A stretch of 63,593 bases of DNA, counting the filler, from Octopus bimaculoides (Eukaryota), in the NCBI RefSeq assembly GCF_001194135.2. It is 6 parts of 5 records of this genome, joined end to end, with 100 filler letters (N's around TTAATTAATTAA, not from the genome) between each part and the next. Parts side by side here need not be neighbours in the genome. Positions count along the whole stretch, not along the records: positions 61,202 to 63,593 come from NC_068981.1; 5 more parts are not named here. One strand, given 5' to 3'. Of this stretch, positions 63,075-63,593 are shown piece after piece (within the stretch, counting starts at the first letter, position 1; each line of letters starts with the position of its first letter). The translations under genes and the position numbers were made by a program. The notes beneath the pieces were generated by a model. That model was not told the DNA's origin and did not search any database. It worked only from the letters and a program-made list of their open reading frames with translations.

Positions 63075-63334
63075 TATTATTATTATTATTATTATTATCC
63101 TGTTCAGGCTATATTATTAGCATTATTCTGCGATTGAGAATTAAAAAAAAAAATCACTTCTTTAACTTATTATTATTATTTAATCTATACAATGCCATTG
63201 ATTTTTGTTTTAGTTATCTAAATTGCTTGAGCCTTCTTCAGGGGTGATTACTCTATGTCGTTTGTACCATCTCTCTCCACATATCCTGAGGGCCATATTT
63301 CAGCCTGCCTATTTATTATCTTCTATCTTTTATC

Positions 63335-63530
63335 TTTTACTTGTTTCAGTCATGCTGGGGTATTACCTTCAAGAATTTTTAGCTGAAGGTATCGACCTCA
63401 GCACTTAATTTTTTTTTAAGCCTGGTACTTATTCTATTGGTCTCTTTTCTAGAACTATTAAGTTACAAGAATGTAAACACACCAACAACACTGGTTGTCA
63501 AGTAGTGGTGGTGGAGGGAACAAACACAAA
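63335..63530 (-). mobile_element. SINE (family 4), degenerate
   Basis: Reverse-complement match to 61315-61515. Confidence 0.65.
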
Positions 63531-63549
63531 CACAAAGACACACACATAG

Positions 63550-63593
<44 letters not shown>

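Overview
Eukaryotic, AT-rich, intronic or intergenic DNA with very dense microsatellites ((TA)n, (TG)n, (GA)n, (TAA)n, (TATG)n), roughly 3.5 kb of N gaps, and 100-bp scaffold gaps carrying a TTAATTAATTAA linker. The SINE families and repeat landscape look like an octopus (coleoid cephalopod) genome; this is inferred from pattern recognition, not a search. No host protein-coding gene can be identified with confidence. Almost all listed ORFs are microsatellite, gap or transposon artefacts. The window is a transposon graveyard: R4/Dong-clade LINEs in TAA repeats (four pieces), RTE, L2/jockey-like, HERO-like and L1/Tx1-like fragments, several Penelope-like elements (PLEs, including a GIY-YIG endonuclease remnant), mariner, Tc1-like and Tigger/pogo remnants, two Tc1/mariner MITEs, a Helitron 3' end and about 20 SINE copies. 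The most notable signal, absent from the ORF track, is about 12 type I hammerhead-ribozyme motifs. About 7 are intact or near intact by manual folding, and most have the short palindromic stem III typical of dimer-acting PLE hammerheads. Several sit in small non-coding elements with an inverted arm whose boundary lies close to the predicted cleavage site (24060-24550, 41578-41989) or includes the whole ribozyme (13675-14786). Non-canonical cores (A6U; U3-A8) also occur. All folds were done by eye and need computational and biochemical confirmation.
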